DNA from: Marsupella aquatica
Lineage: Eukaryota > Plantae > Marchantiophyta
Direction of reading: 5' to 3'
DNA length: 64,000 nucleotides
NCBI GenBank assembly: GCA_973895155.1
Contig: OZ316891.1
Coordinates: 28,587,145 to 28,651,144 of the forward strand
The position numbers and the translations under genes were made by a program. This document shows, piece by piece, positions 13,366 through 25,624 of this stretch (its first letter is position 1; each line of letters opens with the position of its first letter). The notes below the pieces were generated by a model. It was not told the origin of the DNA. It did no database searches and saw only the letters and a program-made list of their open reading frames with translations.

Positions 13366-15195
13366 ATGACCTTACTAGAGTGTTCTTCTTGGCTGAAGGA
13401 CAAATATCAGCCAACCACGGGAAAGTTGCCTCTCCCTCCATTCATGAGGGAATTCCGGGACTGGTGTAAGAAATTGAAGTTGGCTGGCTTGCGAAAACAA
13501 GGTTGGATAGTTGATGGTGTACCTAAGGGCCATGGTTGTGATATGATCTTTGTTCAGCTAGGGACAGATTATCGCATAGCGCAAGCTGAAAATAATGTTC
13601 CGGTGTGGAATAGATTTCGGCTCAGTGACCTAGAAGTGGCGACGACATTGGCAGACTCTCTACTCACAAACGACGGTTTCCTGTGCATTGTGCACAGTGG
13701 TTCATTTGCCCACACAGGCTCAATCTTTGAGTACCTTCACATTGACTGGGCTGAGAAGTTGGATCACATTGACTCATTCACCATTTGGAATGACACACCT
13801 TGCTACATGGCGTCAAGCAAAAAAGCTGTAAGTTCACTTCAATTTTGGCATTTCAATAGAAGTAATCTCGGAGAGGCTCTCCGAGATAGTTGAAAAATGT
13901 GTCCGCAATTACGATGTCGGACACCCTCTCCCTTATGGGTAACATTGATCTCGGAGAGGCTCTCTGAGATAGGTAGGATCCATCTTGGAGAGCCTCTCTG
14001 AGATAGGTAGCATGGATCTCGGAGAGCCTCTCTGAGATAGGTAGGATCCATCTCGGAGAGCCTCTCTGAGATAGGTAGGATCCATCTCGGAGAGCCTCTC
14101 TGAGTTAGGTAGCATGGATCTCGGAGAGCCTCTCTGAGATAGGTAGGATCCATCTCGGAGAGCCTCTCTGAGTTAGGTAGCATGGATCACGGAGAGCCTC
14201 TCTGAGTTAGGTAGCATGGATCTCAGAGAGCCTCTCTGAGATAGGTAGGATCCATCTCGGAGAGCCTCTCTGAGATAGGTAGCATGGATCTCGGAGAGCC
14301 TCTCTGAGATAGGTAGGATCCATCTCGGAGAGCCTCTCTGAGATAGGTAGCATGGATCTAGGAGAGCCTCTCTGAGATAGGTAGGATCTCGGAGAGCCTA
14401 TCTGAGATAGGTAGCATGGATCTCAGAGAGCCTCTTTGAGATAGGTAGGATCCATCTTGGAGAGCCTCTCTGAGATAGGTAGCATGGATCTCGGAGAGCC
14501 TCTCTGAGATAGGTAGGATCCATCTCGGAGAGCCTCTCTAAGATCGGTAGCATGGATCTCGGAGAGCCTCTCTGAGATAGGTAGGATTTTTAGGGTTTAG
14601 AGAGGTAGGACCGATGTCGGATTAGTTTAGCAATTAGTGTTGCTAGTGTTGCTAACAAGTGCAAATCTATTTTGCATGATGTGACAAGCTCAATATCTGC
14701 ATTTGGATATATTCGCCATGAAGGGTACAAAGGTGACCCTCCCAAAGGTACATATGAAGCCAATTACTGGTGATTTGTGCCTAGGAAAGAGCAATGCTCT
14801 ATCCAATTTTACAAAGGAAGATGATGCAATGAGAGACGAATTGGCCGGAACCTTATCGCCTGCAACCTTGCAATGCATCATAGAGCACATCACCAGTCCC
14901 GGCGATATCATATTTTCTTGGAATGTCCACTTTGGTGCTATCTACAAAGCTGCCAATAATTGTGGGCGACTAGTATTTGGGATGGAAGCGCATGACTACT
15001 TTGGTGAGTCAGCAGCTTCGGTGGTGTCAAAACTCCTTTCAACACAGCAGGGCAATCAGACCAAGGCGGAGGGCAAGGAGAGTAAGAAGGAGGAGGCCAA
15101 GGAGACTAAGAAGCCTGAAGGGCGGAAGAAGCTTGTCCTTGAGTCTGATTCAGAGGAGGATGCCGCAGAAGGCAAGGGTGGGAATGCTCAGGATT
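13366..15195 (+). CDS. Beta-class N4/N6 DNA methyltransferase-like fold, split by the repeat-filled intron 13828-14687; catalytic motifs degenerate
   Basis: CDMIFVQLGTDY (position of DLIFTDPPY), DSLLTNDGFLCIV (RxLKPGGxxxI), then SPATLQCIIEHITSPGDIIFSWNVHFGAIYKAANNCGRLVFGMEAHDYF matching KPxxLxxxIxxxSxPGDxVLDPFxGSGTTxxAAxxxGRxxIGxE. Confidence 0.7.
13948..14578. repeat. Intronic 34-bp tandem array, 19 units of the 23-bp palindrome with two alternating 11-bp linkers
   Basis: atctcggagagcctctctgagat recurs every 34 bp (one 30-bp unit); linkers aggtaggatcc and aggtagcatgg mostly alternate; one extra copy at 13865. Confidence 0.95.
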
Positions 15196-15814
15196 GTGAG
15201 TAAACGTTGAATCCAAGAACCCATTTGTTGTTAGTTTGCAATTTACATTGTGCCATGGTGAGGATAAATAAAAATGTGAAGTTCCACATTATTATGGTAT
15301 TACCTTAAACTGTCTACTTAACCAATAGGCAGTTCACTACAGGAACATCGAGTCCGAACAATGGCACACATCGGACAAGGACAAAGTCCGTGAAGCATGG
15401 GAGGAAGCATCAAAAACTTTCTCTCCAGAAAGATTTTGCCTTCCAACTTACGCAAAAGGGATTGTTGATTCATGCCCCTTCAAACAGCTCAAGGGTGTAG
15501 CTGAGAAGTACACAAAGAGGCAAAAATCAAGATTTGTAGATGATAGAGCAGTAGAGGTAGACTACAATGAAAGTGAGAGTGTCAGCAGTGATAGTGATAA
15601 GATAGCTCACCCTTCTTTTGTGACCTATAGCTCAGATGAAGATGATGCCTAATGCCATGCTGTTCAATCCTATGCAGCACGTGGTGGGAATACCCAGATA
15701 CCTGGGTTATTTGCTGAAGTAGTCTGCTCTCAAGACTTTTCCGACATAGTATCCACATGTCTATCCAAAAAGCTCCCAGACAAGGAAGTACTATTCAACT
15801 TTGTAGATTACAAG

Positions 15815-16438
15815 TTGACCAGGGCGTCAATGAGATGCTTGTCTGAAGGAAGAATAGGAGCTCAATGGCTACATTCACATATCATCGATGCATACTTGGC
15901 CTTGTTGCAGTTTAGGGGGAGATCAAGAGGCTATCCAAAGTGTGCATTTTTCATCACAGCATTCTACACGTTGCTCTCAACGCCCGTATACTGTTTTGCC
16001 AATGTTGCTCGATGGACCAAAACAGAAAACATATTTGATTATGACGGGATATTGGTCCCTATCCACCAGGCAAACAGGGAGCATTGGGTGTTGGCAGTGA
16101 TTGATTTAACTGGAAAAGAGGTGTTGTTCCTAGATTCTCTTTGGGAGAAATCAGGAAACTTTTGGGAGGCTCGAAATGAGTATCTCATGTATACTCTAAC
16201 AAGGTATGTCGAGGATGAAGCAAGTCAAAGAGGCATGCCCTCACCAGATGCAAACAACTGGCCTAGAACTTTAGTGTCAGGCCTTCCATCACAAGAAGAT
16301 AGTGTAAATTGTGGGGTATTTATCCTTAACTATGCAGAGCGCATAGGTCGAGATGCTCCTATGGATTTTGATGGCAGCCATGTAGGAAACTTGTGAAAGA
16401 AGATTATTTATGACCTGTGCACATATCAGATAACATAA
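15815..16438 (+). CDS. Ulp1/SENP (peptidase C48) SUMO protease domain
   Basis: WLHSHIIDAYL, FFITAFY, VPIH..REHWVLAVID, FLDSL, QEDSVNCGVFIL: His-Asp-Cys triad and oxyanion Gln intact. TGA at 16394 interrupts L(R)KKIIYDL. Confidence 0.92.
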
Positions 16439-16680
16439 TAAAGTAGTGGCCAACAGGGGTTAGCTTTAGAGAAGGTAGCAATGATGAAGTGTTGCTGTGT
16501 ACACATTATAATATATATGAAAAGTGAATGTGATGTGTATCACTTGCAAATTTTTTGTATTTGTATGTCAGAGAGGCTCTTTGAGATGGTCTTAGAAATG
16601 GAATGGGAAAGTCAATGATGGTCTGCAAAGTGACTTGGTATCTCGGAGAGGCTCTCCGAGATGGTCAACAAAAAGACTTG

Positions 16681-17420
16681 CACTAGTAGAAAACAATGTA
16701 TTTTATGACCGAAACAATGACTATTAATCAGGTCTTTTTAACAAAACAATGACGCAATTGTTTTCGTCTTTCCAGACACGTCACAACGGACATTTTGGTC
16801 ACGGTCTTTTTGGACAAATGACGCTAAAAACATGTGGTCATTTCATACTATCCTAAATGACCGTTTTTATGATATGGTCATAAATGTTGAACGGTCCAAA
16901 ATGACGACACAAATCACCATCGACGGTCAATTGCCGTTGACCGTCGATGGTCCCCGTACCCAATCACACAATGACACGTGGCAATAAAAAAACAAATAAC
17001 ATTGGTCATTTTGGACTTGTCCAAAATGACGTACATTATATAACAAATCAAATAGTGACACATGGTTCAAAGAGGATTCACCATTTGGCAATATATTTGG
17101 GTCATTTTGGACGTGTCCAAAATGACTACAGTATAAACAAGTCATATTGAGACACGTGGTTCAATTGGGAGAAGACACGTAAAGATACACATTAGTCATT
17201 AATGACATGTCTTGAATGACATAAAGTGAGTCATAGTGGACTTGTTTATAATGACCATGAGAAAGGTCATTGTATATGTCATTCTTTGAATCATTTAGTC
17301 TATGTCTTTAATGACCAGAGTTGAGTCATATTGGTCACAAAGATAGTTGTGAATAATGACCATTACATCAGTCATTCTAGCCAGTCATTTAATCATTCAA
17401 GCCAGTCATTCAGACGAAGT
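16681..17420. repeat. CACTA subterminal region dense in (A)ATGAC/GTCAT motifs
   Basis: Dozens of ATGAC/GTCAT in both orientations; same motif density at 34480-35445 and 42265-43150. Confidence 0.8.
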
Positions 17421-17764
17421 ATTCAATGATTTGGAGAAATTCAAATTTAAGTGATCATGATAGATAAAACTTGATGTCAATCAAAAATCATACATTACAA
17501 AACCATTCAATAGAGTTGCTAAATGAAAACTTAAAGAAACATTCGATATATATCACAAATCCAATTGATATTCATACAAGATACCTTCATAAGTCTCATG
17601 GTAAATATTGAACTCAATGCAAATTTATGAAACAAAATTACATTGACATCAATAATATTAGATTGTCAATTGTTACAACCTGACATACCAATCACTCTGC
17701 ATGTTTATAGAAAAACAGAGTTGTCATTCTATCATGTCTATTGTTTCTTGATAGAGTGCTATTT

Positions 17765-20600
17765 CTATTGCTTCTTAAGCAATCTAGAGTTCCATAGGGC
17801 ATTCATCCCTTTCACATCAGATAATTTAGACTGGTTCTCCCCTGAATTGGCAAATGGCAATGCCACATCTACAAACACTTCAATCACACGCACTCGCAAG
17901 AAAGGGCTTTCAAAATCTGCACAATGAAACTTATCTTCTCCTGGCAGCCCTGTCACCTCACCTTCTGCCACTATCATGGAATTGTCCACAACGCTCTTCA
18001 TCTTCACCAAATCTCCTCTTGCAAACTGTGAACAACACATTTTGTTAAAAATGCAATAAACAGAAATTGAAAGATAGAAGAACACTCAAATCAAACACAC
18101 ATTTACCTTTGCAACGGGGTTAGGAGACTGCATTGGTTTCTTCTGTGCAGGTGATGCATTTGCTGAGGATCCTTTCTTCCTTTTCTTCTTTCCCTTTCTA
18201 GTTGATGGAGTGTCATCCTGTTCACTTGGAATGGGAGTTTCTTTTGGCAACTCAGATGATTCTGGGGTTACATCTGGTGTCAACTGAGTCGACTTATCCT
18301 CTGGCAACTGAAAGGCATCTGAAATGGCTTCTTTGGGCAACTTAGATGGCAAAAGGTTCACTTCCAATTCAGTTTGCTTTAGAGTACTGTTAGCTGTGTC
18401 AGTTGGTCTTCCCTGCGACACAGGAGGCTCCCCTAAAGATGCTGTCATAAAACACACACAAAAGAAATGCATAAACAAACATGTATACACCAGCAACATA
18501 TAATCACACTAAAAACATGCAAGAACATTATAAACATGCAATGACATATACACATCACAATAATTACATTGAATGGACAGTGTATACATGATAGAGAATT
18601 TTACCTTCATTATCGCCTGAAAAAGTAAGAGATCGCTTTCTACTACCTTGTTTGGTAGTTGTAGTCAACTTACTGTGACTAGGCACAACTGTTGGAACTT
18701 GTGCATTACTGGGGTGATGTGCCATCCATGTAGTCATCATGTTTGTCAACTCCCTCACAGTGCCTTTCAACTCAGCGACATCCAATTTCACAGCCCCAAT
18801 GGCAGTGATCTCTTCTTTTGAATGTGGGGTCTGTAAATGAACCACAAACCAACACAACAGTCTCACTGTCAAACTTACAAACGACACAACACTGGCTCTG
18901 TCAAATGGAGAATGATGTACAAATCAAATTGGTATGACAATACTCACAGCTGATCCATGTCTGTTTCCTTGCCCCAGTAAGCTAGCACTTTTACCCTCCC
19001 CACTTGCCAATGATGGGCTCACCTTTGCTCCCACAAAACTACCAGTCTGACCTTCTGCACTTGCCAATGATGGGCTCATTGTCACCTTTGGCAATGAACC
19101 CTGACTACCATGGTTTTCTTTCAGGTCAGATATACCTGGGCTTGATCCTCTCTTCTGCTTCTGTTCAAACACACAATGAATGAGAAATCATAGAGTTTGT
19201 TTTCATCAAGATTCACAAACAAGACATAATTGATAGTGAAAATGATAGACAATTTACCATTCTCTTTGCTGCTGCAGCATGCCCTCCCCTTCCAAAGTGA
19301 GAGGTATCTTGCACTCGTGCTCTTTTATCAGTCATCTGTTTACTCAAAGATATCAATGTTGGACTGGTAAAATGAGATACCAAAGCTGCCCATTTCTTTG
19401 GATCAACACCAGATGGCCCAGGTTTGGTTGGATCCTCATTGCAAACTTTCTTCCAATAAACATGCATTTTATGGCGCTCTCTCTTCAATATGCCACGACA
19501 ATGACTCTGGAATTTGGTGTTAATAAATTCCCCACCCACATACTCCCACTCAGCTGCCATGTTATTCCACACTGTGGTTGTATGAACTTGTGGATGATCA
19601 GTCCATTTTGGCTTTGATACATCAAAGACTCTGAGTACGTTGCCACGAAGTTCCTCCAGCCAGTATTGTTTGTTGCCATCAGAATCATCAATATCATTGT
19701 CATAAATCTGCATTTCACAGACAATGTCAGATCATAACTCTGGAATTTATGCAGAGTCCAGGTTTTATACACACAACAACAGAGAGGATCAGATTTGTCT
19801 AAATCTACAAACAAGTACAATACTCACTTTAATGTGTTTGGGCACCTCTCCGCAATCCCTTCGTTGTTTGGCAGTATTATCAAACTGCTTCTTAGCATGC
19901 CTTCGTTCCCTGCGCATCTCAGAGGCCCCTCCTGCAATGCACACACATGCATTCAATCAAAAAATATGTACATGATTGAAAAGTTGAGCAAATGTACTTG
20001 CATATGCATGACGAGCAGATTGTGTATTACCTGAAGATCCTCTGGAATGTAGTACATCAGATTGACCTGATCTACCTTCAGATGCTGATGGAACCACTAA
20101 ACAAACACACAACACCAAAGCACTTCAATTAATTTCATTTCAAAGTAGAATATCAACTTCCAAACACACCTGAAAAGTAGAACAGTACAATCCACTCACT
20201 TTCATATAAGAGTCCAGTGTCTGGGTCTTTCCAACATCTCACTAGCCCACCTCCACCAGGCCCAGTCTTCTTAGGACCACGATTTTGTTTCTGTACCTAC
20301 ATCATGGACAACGTAAGCATATCAACATATAATTTGAAAAAGGGACAAGGATCCCTTCCTATTAGGATGATGAAGTTCAAGCATTACCTGTTGTGCACTC
20401 TCTGGTTCTGACCCTCCAATGTCAGAATCCTCAGTGTCATACTCAGAAGGAGAACCATAGCCATCATCACCAAACTCTGCCATGTTCACCTTGGTAACTT
20501 CTGATAGTCTAGAGCTCCTCCTCTTTGGCAATGTTTCAGTTGAAGTACCTTTCACCAAAGCAGGCTTTCCTCTCTCTCGTTGTACATGTGTGGTTGGGCC
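17765..20600 (-). CDS. Multi-exon TnpA/Ptta-like second CACTA gene (copy 1); exon limits approximate
   Basis: ORF pieces 19213-19713 (PGPSGVDPKKWAALVSHF..SHFGRGG) and 17765-18085 (IVAEGEV..FHCAD..RVRVIEV..LPF) resemble the En/Spm Ptta and Tnp1 C-terminal domains; GT-AG bounded exons downstream of the transposase. Confidence 0.72.
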
Positions 20601-21030
20601 TCTAAGGAACAAAGCAATCATCAACATACACCAATGCAGATCAAACATACATGCAAAATGAATCTACAACACCGTAACACTAGTACTTATGTACAGGATC
20701 CATACTAGTATGAGACCAATCTGGAATATGAAAACAGAACATGAACCTGACAACTCCATCTACTGAATCAAATTTGCAATAGACATATCAACACACACAT
20801 CAGCTTGCAGTCTGGCCCCAGTCCTAGATCACGCATAATTCTGACATTATGCTCTATGTTCCGATTTCGGGCCTCCTCATAAGGATTCACAGAATGTGAC
20901 AACCCTTGCAATCTTCCTTTCACAGGCTGCATTCACCAACTGCACAAATGGGTAAACCATTAGTCTGATTTCATAAATAGTCCATACATGTAGTCCATCT
21001 ATGGACTTCACACACCTAGCTAAAACCTAT

Positions 21031-24000
21031 TCACTGCTTAGGCCTGCCCTTTCTTGCAGATCCCTCTGCATCTCTGCCTCGTTTGGGACCAGTACTTGGT
21101 CCTGGATTTTCTCTGGACCTACATGCCTTAGCCAATTCGATGTGTAATTTGGCATTGTTTTCCATTGTAGCATGGAAATCAACGTCTGTGTAATCACCTA
21201 ACACCCTTGTGGACCTGGATTCTTTGTGGAGGATTGTTCTCCATGCTATCCCCTTCTCATTGGGGTGGAAGAAAACCTGCTCCACTTGCTTTGGGAAAAC
21301 GTAATCCATTTTCTTGGACACACCCAGTTCTCTATGGAAATTCACCTGGCAAAGACCAGACTTGGTATACCTCATACTGGCTGAGGATTTAGGAGTCCAT
21401 GATGGATCTGCCCATTTCCCTTTGAAAAGAATCACCTCTTTCCTCAAGCTGCCATAATTCAGTACCAAGATATCTGTCAAGGCCCCTACATACTGTACAG
21501 ATTCTTCTATGGTTGCACCAGACCTGTCCACTCGCTTCTCAGTGAATGTAGAAGCCATCCCAGAATCAAAAGTGCTGAAAGCACCAGAATCACAATCACT
21601 CAAACACCCCAAGGATGGAATAGTCCTCCAATGGTGCCCATAGGCTCTACATGCCCTATACAGTCGTGCCTTCAAACTAGGTGGTGTGGAGTATGCAGAT
21701 AGTAATGACCGCTCAGACTCTTTCTCAAAATTATGGGTATTGACTAATGTTTGAAACCATTCCCTGAAAGGTGGCAATTCTTGGCAGTCTACAGGAAATT
21801 CCACTGGTTTTCTTCGATTGGCAGGCTTCCTCATCCACTCCTTCCGGAAATCCACTCTTCGTTTGGTAACAGTCTCATTGGTAGCATCATATATCCTGCA
21901 TGGCAACAACAACACTGAAGACATTAGTGCACGATCCACCATGAATATACAAACACAATGGGGCAACATAATTATGATCCATATGCCTAAGGATAGGAGA
22001 GTTTCTAGGGTTTATGTACCTGTACCATGGAGCCACTGTCTCTTCATTCTCTAATATATAATGATGCATGGCCATCATTTCAGACCAATCCAAAGTTATC
22101 GCCTTTGCAGCCCCTTCCAAAACAATGCCTGCAACGCCAGCATCCTCCTCCAACTCCCAGGTTCGTTTTCCCTCTCCCTTTGCATCAATCATGTATTCAG
22201 AAAGAAATCCCAAAGACTCATCTAATACATAGCCTTCAGCCATAGAAGCCTCTGGACGTGCCTTGTTTCGTACATAACCCTTCAATACCTTCAGGTTCCT
22301 CTCTATTGGGTACATCCATCTGCCTGTAACTGGGCCACACAAGTCTAATTCCTCCACTAGGTGAATCATTAAATGGGTCATGACATCAAAGAAGCTTGGT
22401 GGAAAATGGATTTCCAAAATGCAGAGAGTGAATGCAACATCCATCATCAAATTCTCATACATTGAAGGGTCCCACACCTTCGTACAGATCTGGCGATAGA
22501 TATTGCTCACCCCAGCTATGGCCAAGCGAACCCCTTCATCAAGTAATCCCATTGTTGCCAGAGGGAGAATCTGTTGCATGAGTTGGTGGAAATCATGTGA
22601 TTTCAACCCAGAGAGTTTCTTGGATTTTGTAACACACTTTGCCAAAGAACTTGAAAAACCAGTGGGCCCTTTCAAGGTCAATAAAACCTCCAAGAACCTT
22701 GTTCTTTCCTTCTTGCTCAGGCAATATGGGGCTGGGGGCATCAACAATTTGTCATCCTTACGCTTGGGAGCTGGATTGGGTACAAGCCATAGGTGTTGGC
22801 GCACCTGTAAGAGCTTCATGTCTTCTCTCACAGAAGGAGTGTCCTTGGTCCCAATGATAGTGTGCACAATGTTGTGTGCAAGATTCTTCTCACAGTGCAT
22901 GGGATCTAGACAATGGTTAATGAGTAGTTTCTGCAGTGGACACACAATTCAGAAATTAGGGCATTGAATACAACTTTTGGCATCACTGGGCAGTAGTTTG
23001 TGCAGTGGACACAATTCAGAAATTAGTGCATTGAATACAACAATTACAAAATCTGGGCTACAGGAAGTATATGAAGAGAATATATTTCAAAGTCATATGA
23101 AGAGATTGCAGAAATTCATTGTAGTAGTATGGAGTCTTACATTCCAATAGGGCAACTTGTACAGACCAGTAGCCCTCTTCACTCCATGCACCTTTATGGG
23201 GCATTTCTCATCCTCAACCTTGGTTCCTCCCTTCTTCAAATATTCTGTTGTCTCGTCTCCCCACTTCTTTCTATCAGAGCTTGTCATTCTACACGGTGCA
23301 GGTCGACTCTCAATTGCACCATCAAAGTATTGTGCACTATCTGGTCTACGAAAAAGATGCCTTGCTGCTAACCATCGACGGTGGCCACTGTACTCTAATT
23401 TCTGCAAGTGCTTAGAACCACGTGCCACACATTCTGGCCCACAGATGACACATCCTTTGTATCCAGAGTGTTGTTGTCCAGATATTAAACCATATGCAGG
23501 GTAATCATTGATTGTCCACAATAGCACAGCCCTAAGGTTGAAGTGTTGAGACAATCCTGGGCGTGGCAATTTGTCAAAGCAGGGCACTCCTTTCTTCCAC
23601 AACAGCTCCAACTCCTCATAGAATGGGCCCAATATTATGTCTAGTTGTTCCTCTGTTACTGAATCAGGTCCTGGAATCAGCATAGCTAGCATGACAAAGA
23701 ACTTCTTGGTGGTAAGCCAAGGAGGTAAATTGTAATTCAACAACAGTATTGGCCAGGTAGACCAAGCTGTGGAATTATTCCCAAAGGGATTCACCCCATC
23801 AAGTGCCAACCCAAATCGCACATTCCTTGGTTCAGCTGCAAATTCCCGATCAATATTTGTATCCACATGCTTCCAAGCCTTTGAATCTGCTGCGTGCCGA
23901 ACCATGTTGTCTGTGCTTCTATTCTCATGATGCCAAGTCATGAGTTTAGATGTACCAGCAGTGGCATACAATCTCTTCAACCTGGGAATTATAGGGAAAT

Positions 24001-25024
24001 ACCGCACTACCTTCCTTGCCTGTAATGAATTCCCCACTCTCTTCATCTTGGGCTGCTGACACATTGAACAGTTTTCTAACTTGGCATTCTCACCCCTAAA
24101 GAGCATACAACCTTTCTCACAGACAGGGATTCTCTCATAATCCAAGCCAAGCTTTCTCAATAGCTGCTTTGCAGCATATAAGTTCTTGGGCAGATTATGC
24201 TCTGTAGGCATACCATGCTCCCCCATCAAAGACAACAATGCATTCACTCCTTTGTTTGAGAATCCATGGCCATGACAGATGTTCAGCAGAAGCAACATGA
24301 ATGACACAACATCTATTTTGCTGCCTGGGAACAAAGGTTGCATTGCTGCATCTAAAGATAACTGTGCAGGATCAGTCTCCACAGGAGTTTTGGAGGTTTC
24401 AAGGGGGTTTACAGGATGGGCACCTCCTTCACTCTCATCATCCCCAAGTACAAAATCCAAGTCAAAACGGTCCTGATCATCTAGCTCATGCTCAGGGGAT
24501 TCTTCACTGGTTCTCAGCAACGTTTCTTCCAGTAGAGCCCTGATATGTTCTTCGACATCTATAGTTGGATGTTCTTGAACATCCACAGTTGGATACTCTG
24601 GAACATCCACAGTTGGATACTCTGGAACATCTACAAATAAATGTTCTTCAACATCTACAGTTGGCTGTTGTGCACAGGTTGCCTGCTGAAGGTTTGCTAC
24701 CCTCAATGCCTCAGGGCCATGTTGTGACATGTAGTCAGCACCCCACTCTTCATCAGAAGAGTCCTGTCCCTCTCCCACCCACACTTGACATGCAGGGTAC
24801 CGACCATGTTTAATAAGGTGCAGTCTAGCAGTATTCCGATTAGTCCTATAATTCCCTTTGCAGTTCACACAAGGGCAGTACATCTTATGGTCCCCACTCT
24901 TGTGGCAGGCCTTCTGTTCTCGAACCCACAAAGCATCATCACGATGTTGTACTCTAGCTGGATGGAAGAGCGGCAACTTTGGAGTTCTACCCACACCTAA
25001 CGTATTCTGTGGCAATTGTGCCAT
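21031..25024 (-). CDS. CACTA TnpD/Tnp2 transposase, 3 exons (Transposase_21 + DUF4218 + DUF4216-like), apparently intact
   Basis: ORFs 23093-25024 (CPCVNC, LALDGVNPF, YNLPPW, WTINDYPAYG), 21887-22945 (LDPMHCEKN, GLKSHDFH, FPPSFFDVMTHL, RWMYPIER) and 21031-21969 (YVGALTDI, LFKGKW, YVFPKQVEQVFF). Confidence 0.95.
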
Positions 25025-25624
25025 GCTAGCTTGATTGAAATTGTATTCAAACTATGATTTTCAAACTGAATCAGAGTGACATGCATACAAAATTGGGCCT
25101 ACCGTCACAGTTGTACAACCGATGCCAACCACAGTCCAATTGCTCAAACCCACAGAGCCCAGTTTCTCAAATCCACTGTAGTAGGGCACCTTCTCCTTCT
25201 TGCATACAAATAGAGCATCACATACAGTGTCATCAGAATGATACTATGAACGTAAATCTCTGTGCCTTCATCATTTCCAGTATTTGTTTGCCTATTAGGA
25301 ATGTGAGCAGACAGGTCTGGAATAAGTAACGTTTGTGACACCAGTGACAAATTTACAAGTGAAGTTTAGACATCAATATGGAGGAAAGTCACACTCAAAG
25401 CACATGCTTGAAAATCGGAATCCTACCCTGGAAAAGATAATAAAGTTGATTTCTCAAAATTAATTGCCTCAATCCGCAATGCACTGTCGTAGAGTGTGTA
25501 TACATGAGGAGTTCATCAAACTGCATATAAATAGTCCACATGTTTTAGCACTCTGAAAATTGTTTAAGTCCACGTGAAACCATCAAAAAGCTCTATCTCA
25601 AGTTTGTGTTCCATCCAGCCTCAA

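Larger units (their letters stand above)
10518..16438 (+). pseudogene. Five-exon gene for a ~1,490-aa ParB/Srx-like + degenerate N4/N6 DNA-methyltransferase-like + Ulp1 peptidase fusion protein
   Basis: Exons 10518-11191, 11523-12790, 12899-13827, ~14688-15195, 15333-16438. GT-AG junctions of introns 1, 2 and 4 preserve frame; intron 3 needs a CAA (mutated CAG) acceptor. In-frame stops at 13270 (TAA), 15650 (TAA) and 16394 (TGA), with open frame on both sides of each. Confidence 0.7.

Noticed and set aside
13948-14578. CRISPR-like array (palindromic repeat + spacers)
   Set aside because: Linkers are only 11 bp and are two alternating sequences, not unique spacers; no cas genes; lies in a spliceosomal intron.
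10518-15195. Bacterial contamination or prophage ParB-methylase
   Set aside because: The gene has GT-AG introns, is in frame with a eukaryotic Ulp1 domain and is embedded among plant transposons.
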